In this document: positions 30,004 to 40,886 of the stretch, piece by piece
Layout of the letters: each line of letters begins with the position of its first letter
Position numbering within the stretch: position 1 is the first letter of the stretch
NCBI GenBank assembly: GCA_902579285.1
Contig: CACHGA010000002.1
Coordinates: 7,906 to 71,905 of the forward strand
Reading direction: 5' to 3'
Length of the DNA stretch: 64,000 nucleotides
From: an uncultured Pelagibacteraceae bacterium
Lineage (GTDB): Bacteria > Pseudomonadota > Alphaproteobacteria > Pelagibacterales > Pelagibacteraceae
The notes under the pieces: generated by a model
What the model was told of the DNA's origin: nothing
The model's input: only the letters and a program-made list of their open reading frames with translations
Databases searched by the model: none
Translations under genes and position numbers: made by a program

Positions 30004-32565
30004 ATGAATCTTGTCATAGTAGAAAGTCCTGCAAAAGCTAAAACCATAAATAAATATTTGGGTAAAGATTATAAAGTTTTGGCAAGCTATGGTCATGTCA
30101 GAGATCTGCCTTCTAAAAATGGTTCTGTTGATCCTGAAAATAATTTTAAAATGGAGTGGGAACTCGATACATTCTCAAAAAAATACGTAAAAGAAATCAC
30201 TGATGCAGCAGCTGAGTCTGAAAAAATAATATTAGCAACTGACCCTGATAGAGAGGGAGAGGCTATTGCCTGGCATGTTCGAGAAATACTCGAAAGTAAA
30301 AAACTTTTGAAAGGTAAAAAAGTTGAACGAGTTGTTTTTAATGAAATTACAAAAAAAGCAGTTACGAATGGAATTAATAATCCACGGGAAATAGAGTCTC
30401 TGTTAGTTGATGCTTATATGGCAAGAAGAGCATTAGATTATCTTGTTGGTTTTAATATATCGCCAATTTTATGGACAAAACTTCCAGGATCGAAATCTGC
30501 AGGACGAGTACAATCAGTTGCTCTTAGATTGATAACTGAAAGGGAGCATGAAATTGAACTTTTTAAACCAGAGGAGTTTTGGACCATTGCTAGCAACTTT
30601 CAGTATGATGATAAACTTATTCAATCCAAACTGTCTTTATTTAACGAAAAAAAAATAGAAAAATTTTCTTTTAAGAAAAAAATAGATTCAGAAAAAGCTT
30701 TAAATGAAATAAAAGATCAATCATATAAAATAACTGATGTTTCCTCTAAAGTTTTTCGAAGAAATCCACTTGCACCATTTACAACATCAACACTACAACA
30801 AACGGCATCTGGTAAATATGGTTTTGGAGCTTCTAGAACTATGCAAATTGCGCAAAGACTTTATCAAGGGATAGATTTAGAAGGAGATACTATTGGTTTA
30901 ATCACGTATATGAGAACAGATGGAACTAATATTTCAAAAGAGGCCATAACTGATTTTAGAAATTTTATAAACAAGGAACATGGCAAAGAATATCTTCCAG
31001 AAGTTCCGAATAATTACTCTGGAAAAAAAGCAAAGAATGCTCAGGAAGCACATGAAGCGATAAGACCCACGGATGTTAATAGGAAACCTTCTGATTTGAA
31101 AAAATATTTAAGTACAGATCAATCTAAACTTTATGAGTTAATCTGGAATAGAGCAGTATCTTCTCAAATGAATCCAGCAGAATTTGATAGAAAAAGTATA
31201 ACTATTGAGTCTGAGGATAAAAAAATTCATTTTAAAGCAAACGGTTCAACGATAAAATTCGAAGGATATTTAAAGGTATACAAATTTGAGGAAAAAGACG
31301 AAGATCTTAAAAATATTTTACCTGAAGTAAAAGTTGGTGATAAAGTCTCAATAAAAGAATTAATAGATGATCAACATTTTACTGATCCTCCACCAAGATA
31401 TTCTGAAGCAAGTTTAGTAAAAAAAATGGAAGAATTAGGAATTGGACGTCCCTCAACATATGCAAGCATAATATCAGTTTTATCAACAAGAAATTATGTT
31501 GAACTGTTAAATAAGAGATTCCACCCAACTGACCGTGGTAAATTATTATCTGCATTTCTCGAAAAATTATTCAGTAAATATGTAGATTATAATTTTACTG
31601 CAGATTTAGAAAATCAATTAGATGAAATTACTAGTGGCAAAATTGATTGGGTCAAAGTTTTAGATGATTTTTGGAAAGATTTTTATTCAAACGTTGGGCA
31701 AGTTAAAGAAAAAAGAACTAGGGAAGTTCTAGATTTACTGAATGAAAGTTTGGGTGACCTAGTTTTTGAAAGAGATGATAATGATACCATAGATAGGAAG
31801 TGTAAGCTTTGTAATACTGGCGAACTAAGTCTTAAAAATAGTTTTAGAGGTGGTGCATTTATAGGTTGTTCCAATTATCCAGAATGCAAGTTTACAAGGC
31901 CACTATCTAAATCAAAAGCATCGCAACAAGTCCATTTGGCAGAACCAAAATTAATTGGAAAAAATGACTTTGGTAAAGATATATTTCTCAAAAATGGAAG
32001 ATTTGGACCTTATTTACAATTTGAGATTGAGCCTACTGAGTCAATTGAAAATAAAACAAAAAAATCTAAAAAGAAAAAAGAAAACGAAAACTTAAAAAAT
32101 GTTTCAATACCAAAAGGTTTGCCAATTGAAAATGTAGATTTAGGAAAAGCCAAGTATTTATGTTCTTTGCCGAAAATAATTGGTAGGCATCCTGAGTTGA
32201 ATGAAGATATAACTGTTAATGTTGGAAGGTTTGGTCCTTATTTAAAATGTTCAAATAAATCTGCAAGAATTGAAAGTGTTGATGAATTATTTACAATTGG
32301 TTTGAATAGGGCAATAACTTTAATTTCAGAGGCTAAACCAGGAAGAATGTCGTCCTCAGAAATTAAAAACCTTGGTGAACATCCTGAAGATAAAAAACCT
32401 GTAAGAATAATGAAAGGTCAATACGGTCCATATATAAAGTACAAGTCTCTTAACGCTACAATTCCAGAAGATAAAGACCCCACTGAACTTACTATGGAGG
32501 AAGCTTTAATTTTAATTGAAAAGAGAAAAGAATACGATAAAAATAAAAAAAAGAAAAAAAAATGA
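30004..32565 (+). CDS. topA: type I DNA topoisomerase
   Basis: IVESPAKAKTI, ATDPDREGE, SAGRVQS and ITYMRTD motifs, one zinc ribbon and GRFGPY C-terminal repeats; start moved to the ATG at 30004. Confidence 0.97.
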   Translation: MNLVIVESPAKAKTINKYLGKDYKVLASYGHVRDLPSKNGSVDPENNFKMEWELDTFSKKYVKEITDAAAESEKIILATDPDREGEAIAWHVREILESKKLLKGKKVERVVFNEITKKAVTNGINNPREIESLLVDAYMARRALDYLVGFNISPILWTKLPGSKSAGRVQSVALRLITEREHEIELFKPEEFWTIASNFQYDDKLIQSKLSLFNEKKIEKFSFKKKIDSEKALNEIKDQSYKITDVSSKVFRRNPLAPFTTSTLQQTASGKYGFGASRTMQIAQRLYQGIDLEGDTIGLITYMRTDGTNISKEAITDFRNFINKEHGKEYLPEVPNNYSGKKAKNAQEAHEAIRPTDVNRKPSDLKKYLSTDQSKLYELIWNRAVSSQMNPAEFDRKSITIESEDKKIHFKANGSTIKFEGYLKVYKFEEKDEDLKNILPEVKVGDKVSIKELIDDQHFTDPPPRYSEASLVKKMEELGIGRPSTYASIISVLSTRNYVELLNKRFHPTDRGKLLSAFLEKLFSKYVDYNFTADLENQLDEITSGKIDWVKVLDDFWKDFYSNVGQVKEKRTREVLDLLNESLGDLVFERDDNDTIDRKCKLCNTGELSLKNSFRGGAFIGCSNYPECKFTRPLSKSKASQQVHLAEPKLIGKNDFGKDIFLKNGRFGPYLQFEIEPTESIENKTKKSKKKKENENLKNVSIPKGLPIENVDLGKAKYLCSLPKIIGRHPELNEDITVNVGRFGPYLKCSNKSARIESVDELFTIGLNRAITLISEAKPGRMSSSEIKNLGEHPEDKKPVRIMKGQYGPYIKYKSLNATIPEDKDPTELTMEEALILIEKRKEYDKNKKKKKK

Positions 32566-33017
32566 GTGCTGAAAAAAATCTATCTCAACTTAATATTAAT
32601 TTGCCAAAAGCCCCAGATCCTGTTGGTTCTTATGTAGCTTCAAAAATTGTCGGAAACTTAATTTTTATATCAGGTCAGGTGTCTTTCAATTCAAAAGGTG
32701 AGTTAACTAAAGGAAAAATTGGAAAAGAACTTAGTTTAGAACAGGGTCAAGATGCTGCAAAACTATGTGCATTAAATATATTAGCGCAACTTAAAAAAAA
32801 GTGTGGTAATTTAGATAAAGTTAAAGGATGTATTAAACTTACTGGATACGTTAATTCTACAGAATCTTTTATAGACCAACCAAAAGTTTTAAATGGTGCA
32901 TCAGATTTAATTTCAAAAATATTTGGGGATGGTGGTAAACATACGAGAGCTGCTATTAGTGTAAGTTCTTTACCTTTAGGTGCTGCAGTTGAGGTTGATG
33001 GAATATTTGAGTTATAA
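32562..33017 (+). CDS. RidA/YjgF family protein
   Basis: GSYV, ISGQ, NGASDL, GKHTRAA and LPLGAAVEVD motifs. Confidence 0.9.
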   Translation: MSAEKNLSQLNINLPKAPDPVGSYVASKIVGNLIFISGQVSFNSKGELTKGKIGKELSLEQGQDAAKLCALNILAQLKKKCGNLDKVKGCIKLTGYVNSTESFIDQPKVLNGASDLISKIFGDGGKHTRAAISVSSLPLGAAVEVDGIFEL

Positions 33018-34319
33018 TTTTGATCTTCCAACAGAATAATATTTAATATTCCTTTTTTTCAATTCAATAGGATTATATAAATTTCTCATATCGTAAATTT
33101 TAAAATTACTTTTTTTGACAATTTTTTTAAAATCAATAGATTTAAATTCGTCCCACTCAGTGTTTATAATAATTAAATCTGCTCCTTGGCAGGCCTTATT
33201 TATTGAGCTAGCAAAATTTAGATTTTTCTTTTTACCAAATTCATTTTTTGGACCGGATGGATCATGGTAACTTACTTTTGCACCTTTTTTTAGTAAATAA
33301 GGTATTAAAACGAGGCTTGATGACTCCCGCATATCATCAGTGTTTGCTTTAAAAGTTACTCCTAAAACAGCAATTTTTTTATTTTTAATTTTATTATTCA
33401 TAATTTTTAATACTCTTTTTGTTAATAAAATCTTTCTATTTTGATTTGATTTTATTACAGATTTCACAATTGAAAGATTGGACTTAAATTTATCAGCAAT
33501 TGAAACTAAACCCTTTGTGTCCTTTGGAAAACAAGAGCCACCATAAGCTGGGCCTGCTCTCAAAAATCTGCCTCCAATTCTTGCATCTGATCCCATTCCA
33601 ACTGAAATATCTTCAATATTTATACCTGCCGTTTCACATAAATTTGCAATTTCATTTATAAATGTAATCTTAGTTGCTAAAAAAGCATTTGAAGCATATT
33701 TAATTAATTCTGCTCCTTTTCTTGATGTGCAAAAAAACTTTGCTCCTTTTTTAATAAGAGGTTCATATAAAAATTCCATTTTTTTAAAGATTTTTTTATT
33801 GTTTGAGCCAATAACAATTCTATCAGGATATTTAAAGTCTCTAATAGCTTCACCTTCCCTTAAAAATTCAGGATTAGATACAACATCAAATAAAGACTTC
33901 TTTGCCTTTCGATTTATTATTTTTTCTATCTGATCACCAGTTGTGACTGGTACAGTTGATTTGGTAATAATAACTTTGTAACTTTTTATATATTTTGATA
34001 TTGATTTTGCAACATTAAATACTTGTGAAAGATCGACTAAATTTGATCCTTTTTTTGTTGGCGTGCCAACGCAAATAAAAATTAATTGGGAGTCTTTAAC
34101 TGCTTTTTCTAGATCACTTGTGAAGTCCAATCTTTTTGCTTTCAAATTATTTCTTATTAAATCATCCAATCCAGGTTCATAAATCGGTGAAATAGCATTT
34201 TTTAATTTGTTTATTTTGTTTTGGTCTTTATCTACACAGTAAACTTTGTTTCCAAGATCAGCGAAACAAGTTCCACTAACCAAGCCAACATAACCAGTTC
34301 CTATCATGCATATTTTCAT
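33012..34319 (-). CDS. ugd: UDP-glucose 6-dehydrogenase
   Basis: GTGYVG, NPEFLREG, YGGSCFPKD and FK.NTDDMRES motifs. Confidence 0.95.
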   Translation of the reverse strand: MKICMIGTGYVGLVSGTCFADLGNKVYCVDKDQNKINKLKNAISPIYEPGLDDLIRNNLKAKRLDFTSDLEKAVKDSQLIFICVGTPTKKGSNLVDLSQVFNVAKSISKYIKSYKVIITKSTVPVTTGDQIEKIINRKAKKSLFDVVSNPEFLREGEAIRDFKYPDRIVIGSNNKKIFKKMEFLYEPLIKKGAKFFCTSRKGAELIKYASNAFLATKITFINEIANLCETAGINIEDISVGMGSDARIGGRFLRAGPAYGGSCFPKDTKGLVSIADKFKSNLSIVKSVIKSNQNRKILLTKRVLKIMNNKIKNKKIAVLGVTFKANTDDMRESSSLVLIPYLLKKGAKVSYHDPSGPKNEFGKKKNLNFASSINKACQGADLIIINTEWDEFKSIDFKKIVKKSNFKIYDMRNLYNPIELKKRNIKYYSVGRSKL

Positions 34320-34328
34320 ATTAATCTT

Positions 34329-35147
34329 TTATAGATATTTTGAAATTGTAAGTCCTGATTTAATAAATCCATCCAAAGTCCCACAATCTATATATTTTCC
34401 TTTAAATATATTTCCATAAAACTTTTCATCTTTTTTAACCAGAGTCTTAATCGCGTCTGTAATATGGATCTCTCCACCTTTGCCTTTACCCTGCATTTTT
34501 AAAACAGAAAGTATTTTTCTAGGAAGGATATATCTTCCAATTATGGCATAATTTGATGGGGCTTCACTTAATTTAGGCTTTTCAATAACCTCGTTAATTA
34601 AAAAAGAATTTTTTGTTTTATTTTTAAATCCAAGAATGCCCCATCTTGAAACTGTTCTTCTTTCTACCTTTCTAGTAGCTATAACAGAACCTTTGGTTCT
34701 TCTGTGCAAGGAAATCATCTCTTTAGAGCAATTTTTTTTAACAATCAAATCATCTGCTAAAAGCATTAGGAAATGAGTCCCTTTTAAATATTTTTTACAT
34801 TGTAAAACTGCATGACCTGTTCCCTCAGGTTTATTTTGATATACAAATTTTATCATTTTTTGGAGCTTTTTTAATCTTTTAAAAACATTTTTTAAACGCT
34901 TATCATTTTTTTTCTTTTTTAATATTTTTTTATAAAAATTATCATTAAAGAAATATTTTTTGATACTTGGTCTATTTTTTGGTACTACGAAAATAAATTG
35001 TTTTATACCTGCCTCTATACATTCATCCATGATATATTCTAAGTTTGGTTTGCCATTAATTGGTAGCAATTCTTTTGGAATTACGCTTGACAGTGGCAGT
35101 AATCTTGTACCTAATCCTGCTAAGGGAATGATTGCTTGTGTAACCAT
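34329..35147 (-). CDS. galU: UTP--glucose-1-phosphate uridylyltransferase
   Basis: AGLGTRLLP, PKELLP, IEKP and GEIHITDAI motifs; upstream of ugd. Confidence 0.88.
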   Translation of the reverse strand: MVTQAIIPLAGLGTRLLPLSSVIPKELLPINGKPNLEYIMDECIEAGIKQFIFVVPKNRPSIKKYFFNDNFYKKILKKKKNDKRLKNVFKRLKKLQKMIKFVYQNKPEGTGHAVLQCKKYLKGTHFLMLLADDLIVKKNCSKEMISLHRRTKGSVIATRKVERRTVSRWGILGFKNKTKNSFLINEVIEKPKLSEAPSNYAIIGRYILPRKILSVLKMQGKGKGGEIHITDAIKTLVKKDEKFYGNIFKGKYIDCGTLDGFIKSGLTISKYL

Positions 35148-35153
35148 AAAAAC

Positions 35154-35182
35154 CTTTTACAAGTTAAACGAATATTTTACAA
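35154..35182 (-). promoter_or_regulatory. putative promoter giving a leaderless galU-ugd transcript
   Basis: Minus strand reads TTGTAA-N17-TAAAAG-N6-ATG. Confidence 0.4.
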
Positions 35183-35992
35183 ATGAAATTATTTACAAAT
35201 AAAAAAAAATTGCGAGAAGAAATAGGAAAAATCAACAATATCAGTTTTGTTCCTACAATGGGTTTTTTGCATAAAGGTCATGAGAGTATAATAAAAAAAT
35301 CTGTTAAAGGTTCGGGAAAAACCCTTGTAAGTATTTTTGTAAATCCGAAACAGTTTAATAGTAGAAAAGATTTAAAAAGTTACCCTAGAAATACAAAAAA
35401 TGATATTAAAATATTGAAAAAACTTAAAATCAATTATTTATATAAACCGTCTTATGCTGACATATATAAATTCAAAACAAAAAATAAAATATACTTAGAC
35501 AAATTTGCAAAACAGCTATGTGGTCAATTTAGAAATGGTCATTTTAAAGGTGTAATTGACGTCGTTAACAGACTTTTAGAGATAACAAATCCTAAAAGGA
35601 TTTTGCTTGGTAACAAAGATTTTCAGCAACTCTATTTGATTAAAAAACATATAATGAAAAATAAAATTAAAACCCAAGTTTTTCCATGTAAAACTATTAG
35701 AGATAAAAATTTTATAGCATATTCCTCAAGATTAAAAAAGTTAAATCATAATGAAAAAACTAAACTTATTAAGATTATTAAAGTTTTAAAAAAATATAAG
35801 AAAGATTTAATTTTAAAAAAACAAATATATAATTTTTCTAAAATTAAAAAAAAAATTATCTCTATCGGTGCAAAAAAAGTTGACTACATAAAACTTATCG
35901 ATTTAAAAACTTTAAAAAAACCAAAAAAAAATAAATTTAATTTATTTTATGCATTTTATATTGGAAATGTAAGATTAATTGATAATTTTTAA
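35183..35992 (+). CDS. panC: pantoate--beta-alanine ligase
   Basis: VPTMGFLHKGH, SIFVNPKQF, GNKDFQQ and RLIDN motifs. Confidence 0.95.
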   Translation: MKLFTNKKKLREEIGKINNISFVPTMGFLHKGHESIIKKSVKGSGKTLVSIFVNPKQFNSRKDLKSYPRNTKNDIKILKKLKINYLYKPSYADIYKFKTKNKIYLDKFAKQLCGQFRNGHFKGVIDVVNRLLEITNPKRILLGNKDFQQLYLIKKHIMKNKIKTQVFPCKTIRDKNFIAYSSRLKKLNHNEKTKLIKIIKVLKKYKKDLILKKQIYNFSKIKKKIISIGAKKVDYIKLIDLKTLKKPKKNKFNLFYAFYIGNVRLIDNF

Positions 35993-37368
35993 TTTAAAAA
36001 AAAGATAGATCCAATACCAAGAAAAGATAAAAAACCTATTACATCAGTAATTGTTGTAACAAATACACTGGAAGCTAATGCAGGATCTATATTGAATTTT
36101 TTTAATGAAACTGGAACTAAAATGCCAAATAATCCTGCAACAATCATATTCAATATCATTGCTACCGCTATCAGAATTGAAAGATCAAGTTCTTTGAACC
36201 AAAATTGTACAACAGCAGCAGATATAATAGCAAAAATTATTCCATTTAATATTCCAATAACAAATTCTTTAGTAACTATTTTATAAAAATTTCCAGATGA
36301 AATTTCTTGTTTTGCGATTGCTCTTATTGTTACAGCTAATGTTTGCATTCCGGCATTTCCTCCCATTGACGCTACAATCGGCATCAATACTGCTAAAGCA
36401 ACAACTTTTTCTATATCCTCTTGGAAAAATCCTATTACTATTGATGCAATAATAGCTGTAAGCAAATTAAGCAGCAACCAGCTAAATCTTCTTTTGGTTT
36501 TTTTTAAAACACCATCGGTAATTTCTTCATCTCCAACACCGGCTAATCTTAACACATCTTCCTCGGCTTCTTCTTGTACAACAGTAACTACGTCATCTGC
36601 TGTGATCATTCCGATTAATTTATTATCTTTGTTAACTACACCGGCTGAAACTAGATTGTAATTTTCGAAAGTTAGACCGACTTCTTCTTTATCCATATTA
36701 ACAGATATTAAAACTGGTATCTCTCTCATAATTGAATTCATCTTAGAATTTCTTGGTGTTCTCAAAACTCTAGAAGATGGAACTGTGCCAATAGGTTTAA
36801 AATCTTTATCAACTATAAATATTTCTAAAAATTCTTCAGGTAATTCCTTATTTTCTCTTAAATAATCTATTGTTTGACCAACCGTCCAATCACTAGGAAC
36901 AGCAGTAAATTCTCTCTGCATTATTCTTGCTGCTGAATCTTCAGGATAGCTCAAACCCTCTTCCAATAGAAATCTGTCTTGAGGTGATAAATTTTCCAGT
37001 ACCTTTTTCTTTTTTGTTTCTTCAATCTTTTCTAAAATTTGTAATGCATTATCAGATTCTAATTTGCGTAAAATTTTTGCTATTGATTCTGGTGTTAAAA
37101 GTAAAAGAACTTCTGATTGTAATGACTCATTAAGCTCAATAAAAATTTCTGGTTCAATCGCAAATGCTTCAATTTCAATTAATTTATTTCTAGTACTAGT
37201 ATCAAGATTCTCAATTAAATCTGCAACATCTGCTGCATGTAAATCTTCTAAAGTTTGATTAATAAAGGCAACATCATTACTTTTAATCTTTTGACTAAAT
37301 AAATTGATAAAATCTTTATTGAAATCGACATTTACTTTTTGTTTTCCTATTGATTTAACTAAACTCAT
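35989..37368 (-). CDS. mgtE: magnesium transporter MgtE
   Basis: N-domain, CBS pair, MGGNAGMQ and DPALAS...TTITDVIG motifs. Confidence 0.96.
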   Translation of the reverse strand: MSLVKSIGKQKVNVDFNKDFINLFSQKIKSNDVAFINQTLEDLHAADVADLIENLDTSTRNKLIEIEAFAIEPEIFIELNESLQSEVLLLLTPESIAKILRKLESDNALQILEKIEETKKKKVLENLSPQDRFLLEEGLSYPEDSAARIMQREFTAVPSDWTVGQTIDYLRENKELPEEFLEIFIVDKDFKPIGTVPSSRVLRTPRNSKMNSIMREIPVLISVNMDKEEVGLTFENYNLVSAGVVNKDNKLIGMITADDVVTVVQEEAEEDVLRLAGVGDEEITDGVLKKTKRRFSWLLLNLLTAIIASIVIGFFQEDIEKVVALAVLMPIVASMGGNAGMQTLAVTIRAIAKQEISSGNFYKIVTKEFVIGILNGIIFAIISAAVVQFWFKELDLSILIAVAMILNMIVAGLFGILVPVSLKKFNIDPALASSVFVTTITDVIGFLSFLGIGSIFFLN

Positions 37369-37432
37369 ATAACACCTAATTATTTTAATTTTTGAGACTT
37401 TTAGTTTATCTGGTGATAAAATTCAATTTAAA

Positions 37433-38038
37433 ATGGACATAGAATTTAAAATTAGTAAAAACCCAGTAAATTACAAAAAAGCTCTTATGTTTCTAGAAAA
37501 AAGAGTCGAATTAGTTAAGCAAGGTGGTAGAGAATTAGTGTGGCTTTTAGAACATCCGTTAACTTACAGTGCGGGCATAAGATCAAAAAAAGAGGAAATA
37601 TTAGATAAATCAATTACTGTGATAAAAACAAATCGCGGGGGGAAAATCACCCTACATAACCCGGGACAACAAATTGTTTATTTTGTTCTAAATCTAAATA
37701 AAAGAAAAAAGGATATTAGAAACTTAGTAAGACAAATAGAAAATATAATAATTAAATTTCTAAGTATTTATAAAGTCAAATCTAATTCCGATGAAAAAAA
37801 TGTAGGTATTTGGATTAAAGATAAAAAAGTTGCTGCTATAGGCATCCGGGTTTCACGATGGGTTGCTTATCATGGGTTTTCTATAAATATTAAAAATAAC
37901 TTAAATGATTACAAAAAGATTTTACCTTGTGGGTTAAAAAACGAAAAAATAACTTCTTTAAAAAATGAAAAAAAAGATATTTCAAACGTTAAAAAAAATC
38001 TAAAAACAATAATACAAGAGAATTTATATAAGATTTAA
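37433..38038 (+). CDS. lipB: lipoyl(octanoyl) transferase
   Basis: LLEHP, RGGKITLH.PGQ, KVAAIG, HGFSIN and PCG motifs. Confidence 0.95.
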   Translation: MDIEFKISKNPVNYKKALMFLEKRVELVKQGGRELVWLLEHPLTYSAGIRSKKEEILDKSITVIKTNRGGKITLHNPGQQIVYFVLNLNKRKKDIRNLVRQIENIIIKFLSIYKVKSNSDEKNVGIWIKDKKVAAIGIRVSRWVAYHGFSINIKNNLNDYKKILPCGLKNEKITSLKNEKKDISNVKKNLKTIIQENLYKI

Positions 38039-38937
38039 AACCTTTTTTTTAGCAATCTAGAAAAATCTTCGCTATACTTTGCTTCAAAACTATATTTTAT
38101 ATTATTAATCATAAATCTAATTTTGTAAGCATGAAGCATTATATTTTTAAATTTTTGTTTTTTTTCAAGATTATTAAATGAATATTTATTGTCACCAATT
38201 ATAGGGTGACCAATATTATAAAGTTGTTTTCTTAATTGGTGCTTTCTTCCAGTTATTGGTTTTAATTCTAAAAAGGAGTTTTTATCATTACTTCTTATTA
38301 TTTTGATATATGAAATAGCTTTTTGAACAATTTTTTTATTATTTTCATAAAAAGTTAGTTCATCTCGAAGTATTTTAATATCTCTATTAACTCTGCCTTG
38401 TGTTATTGCCAAATAAGTTTTGTGTATTTTTCTAATTCTGAAAAGTGATGTAAAGAGTTGAGCGTACTCTCTATTTTTAGCAACAATCATAACACCTGAG
38501 GTTTCTTTATCAAGTCTGTGAACTATATAGGGTTTAGAATCTAAAAAATATTTGGTCTCTCTAAGAATATCAATGATATTCTTAAAAGACTTAGTGCCTG
38601 ATTGTACAGGTATACCGCTAGGTTTATTTATAACTATAAAATTTTCATTATCTTCAATTATAAAATCCTCGTAATTTTTTTTTTCTTTATTTGAAGGTTT
38701 ATACTTTTCTATTTTGTTACTTTTTGAGGGTTTTAAATTATCTATTTCATAAATGTCTATTTTGTCATTAAGTTTTACTCTATAAGATGTTTTTATCCTC
38801 TTTTTATTAACTTTTATCTTTTTTTTTCTTATTAATCTCTCAATTAATGATTGGGGATATTTGCCAATATTTAACTTAAACCATCTATCAAAACGACAAT
38901 TATTATAGTCTTTGTTGACTGTGAAAGTTTTTGGCAT
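38035..38937 (-). CDS. RluA/RluC family 23S rRNA pseudouridine synthase with S4 domain
   Basis: N-terminal S4-like domain; HRLDKETSG and TGRKHQLR motifs. Confidence 0.92.
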   Translation of the reverse strand: MPKTFTVNKDYNNCRFDRWFKLNIGKYPQSLIERLIRKKKIKVNKKRIKTSYRVKLNDKIDIYEIDNLKPSKSNKIEKYKPSNKEKKNYEDFIIEDNENFIVINKPSGIPVQSGTKSFKNIIDILRETKYFLDSKPYIVHRLDKETSGVMIVAKNREYAQLFTSLFRIRKIHKTYLAITQGRVNRDIKILRDELTFYENNKKIVQKAISYIKIIRSNDKNSFLELKPITGRKHQLRKQLYNIGHPIIGDNKYSFNNLEKKQKFKNIMLHAYKIRFMINNIKYSFEAKYSEDFSRLLKKRF

Positions 38938-38954
38938 TGAAGTTTGTATTAATA

Positions 38955-39401
38955 TTATTTTGCAGCTACTTTAGGAGTAGTTTCTTTTTTATCTTTAGTT
39001 GCTTTTTCAGCTTTTTTGGGTTTATCAACTTTTTTTGCATTTACATCTCTATCAACTAACTCTATCACTGCCATTGGGGCGTCGTCACCTGTTCTAAATC
39101 CAGCTTTTAGGACTCTTGAATATCCCCCTTTTCTATTAACATATCTTTTAGATAAAATATCAAAAACCTTTTTAACTGACTTTTGATCTTGCAATTTTGA
39201 AAAAAGATCTTTTTTTTTACTAAGTTTTGGATCTTTTCCAATTGTTATAACTTTATCAATTTTTGGTTTTAACTCTTTAGCTTTTGGTAATGTGGTAACT
39301 ATTTGCTCATATTTTATTAAAGAGTTAAGCATATTTTTAAAAAGCGCTTTCCTATGCTCCGAGTTCTTATTAAGCTTTCTATAACCGAATTTATGTCTCA
39401 T
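38955..39401 (-). CDS. rplQ: 50S ribosomal protein L17
   Basis: [16 protein letters not shown] and GDDAPMA motifs. Confidence 0.97.
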   Translation of the reverse strand: MRHKFGYRKLNKNSEHRKALFKNMLNSLIKYEQIVTTLPKAKELKPKIDKVITIGKDPKLSKKKDLFSKLQDQKSVKKVFDILSKRYVNRKGGYSRVLKAGFRTGDDAPMAVIELVDRDVNAKKVDKPKKAEKATKDKKETTPKVAAK

Positions 39402-39405
39402 TTAA

Positions 39406-40437
39406 TTAATAAGTGTTTTCTTCAAGTTTTTTAGAGAGTTCTGCTATATTATCAGGTGGCCAATTAGGAATTTCCATTCCTAAGTAGAGCGACATAGAGC
39501 TTAAAACTTCTTTAATTTCATTTAAAGATTTTCTACCAAAATTTGGTGTTCTTAACATTTCAGGTTCTGTTTTTTGTACAAGATCGCCAATATAAATAAT
39601 ATTATCATTTTTTAAGCAGTTCATAGATCTAACCGAAAGTTCCAACTCTTCAACTCTTTTTAATAAATTTTTATTAAATTCAGGTTCTGTTGAAGTTACA
39701 GGTTTTGGTGCTTCTTTAGGATCTTCAAAATTTACAAACATTGATAATTGATCTTGAAAGATTCTCGCAGCGAATGCAATTGCGTCTTCTGCGGCTACAG
39801 TACCATTAGTTTCAACTTCCATTACCAATTTATCATAATCAAGAGCTGATCCAGCTCTTGTACTTTCTATTTTAAAAGATACTTTTTTAACAGGACTAAA
39901 CAATGAATCTATTGCTATCATGCCTAAAGGTGTATCCTCGGACTTATTTTTTTGTGCAAGCACGTAACCTCTTCCATTATTTACTACTAATTCCATATGA
40001 AATTTTGTTTTTTCGTCTAAATTACAAATAGTTTGTTCTGGATTTAATATTTCTATGTCAGCTATTTCAGCTATGTCTTTGGCTTTTACTTCCTTCGGTC
40101 CTTCGGCATCTAAGATCAACTTTTTTGGACCATCAGAATTTAATTTTAGTGCTAGATTTTTTACATTTAAAACTATATCTGTTACATCTTCTCTTACACC
40201 TTTAATTGAGGAAAACTCATGTAACACACCGTCTATTTGAATAGCTGTGACTGCAGCGCCTTGTATTGATGACAACAGTATTCTCCTTAAAGAATTACCA
40301 ATAGTTTGACCAAAACCTTTTTCTAGTGGTTCAGCAATTACTGTTGCAAAAGCTTTATCCTCACTGCTTTGTATATCTAATTTTTTTGGTTTAGTTAATG
40401 CTTTCCAATTTTTATCAATTATATTTACGTTTTCCAT
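39406..40437 (-). CDS. rpoA: RNA polymerase alpha subunit
   Basis: [25 protein letters not shown] and NFGRKSL motifs. Confidence 0.98.
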   Translation of the reverse strand: MENVNIIDKNWKALTKPKKLDIQSSEDKAFATVIAEPLEKGFGQTIGNSLRRILLSSIQGAAVTAIQIDGVLHEFSSIKGVREDVTDIVLNVKNLALKLNSDGPKKLILDAEGPKEVKAKDIAEIADIEILNPEQTICNLDEKTKFHMELVVNNGRGYVLAQKNKSEDTPLGMIAIDSLFSPVKKVSFKIESTRAGSALDYDKLVMEVETNGTVAAEDAIAFAARIFQDQLSMFVNFEDPKEAPKPVTSTEPEFNKNLLKRVEELELSVRSMNCLKNDNIIYIGDLVQKTEPEMLRTPNFGRKSLNEIKEVLSSMSLYLGMEIPNWPPDNIAELSKKLEENTY

Positions 40438-40886
40438 TAAACTCTCCTTTTTTTTGGTGGCCTTGTGCCGTTGTGTGGCATTGGCGTTGTGTCTTTGATT
40501 GAGAGAATTTTAAATCCTCTAGATTGTAATGCTCTTAAAGCTGTTTCTCTTCCTGAACCTGGACCTTTAACCTGCACTGATAAAGTTCTTAATCCCATAT
40601 CATATGCTTTACTGCCAGCATCATCTGCTGCTACCTGTGCCGCATATGGAGTTGATTTTCGAGATCCTTTAAAACCTTTTGAACCTGCTGATGACCAAGA
40701 GATAACATTGCCGTTCTCATCAGCTATTGAAATAATTGTGTTATTGAAAGTAGAATTCACAAAAGCTATTCCTGATGATATATTTTTTTTTTCTTTCTTT
40801 TTTTTCTTAAATTTCGGTTTTTGAACTTTCGTTTCTAAATTATTATCTGTTTTTTTTTCAGTCTGTTTTTCGGTTTTTTTAATCAT
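40437..40886 (-). CDS. rpsK: 30S ribosomal protein S11
   Basis: STFNNT, KSTPYAA, GPGSGRE and PHNG motifs. Confidence 0.97.
   Translation of the reverse strand: MIKKTEKQTEKKTDNNLETKVQKPKFKKKKKEKKNISSGIAFVNSTFNNTIISIADENGNVISWSSAGSKGFKGSRKSTPYAAQVAADDAGSKAYDMGLRTLSVQVKGPGSGRETALRALQSRGFKILSIKDTTPMPHNGTRPPKKRRV

Noticed and set aside
29983..30005. TTGACA...TATAAT consensus promoter and TTG start for topA
   Set aside because: The spacer is only 11 bp and the TATAAT overlaps the real ATG at 30004
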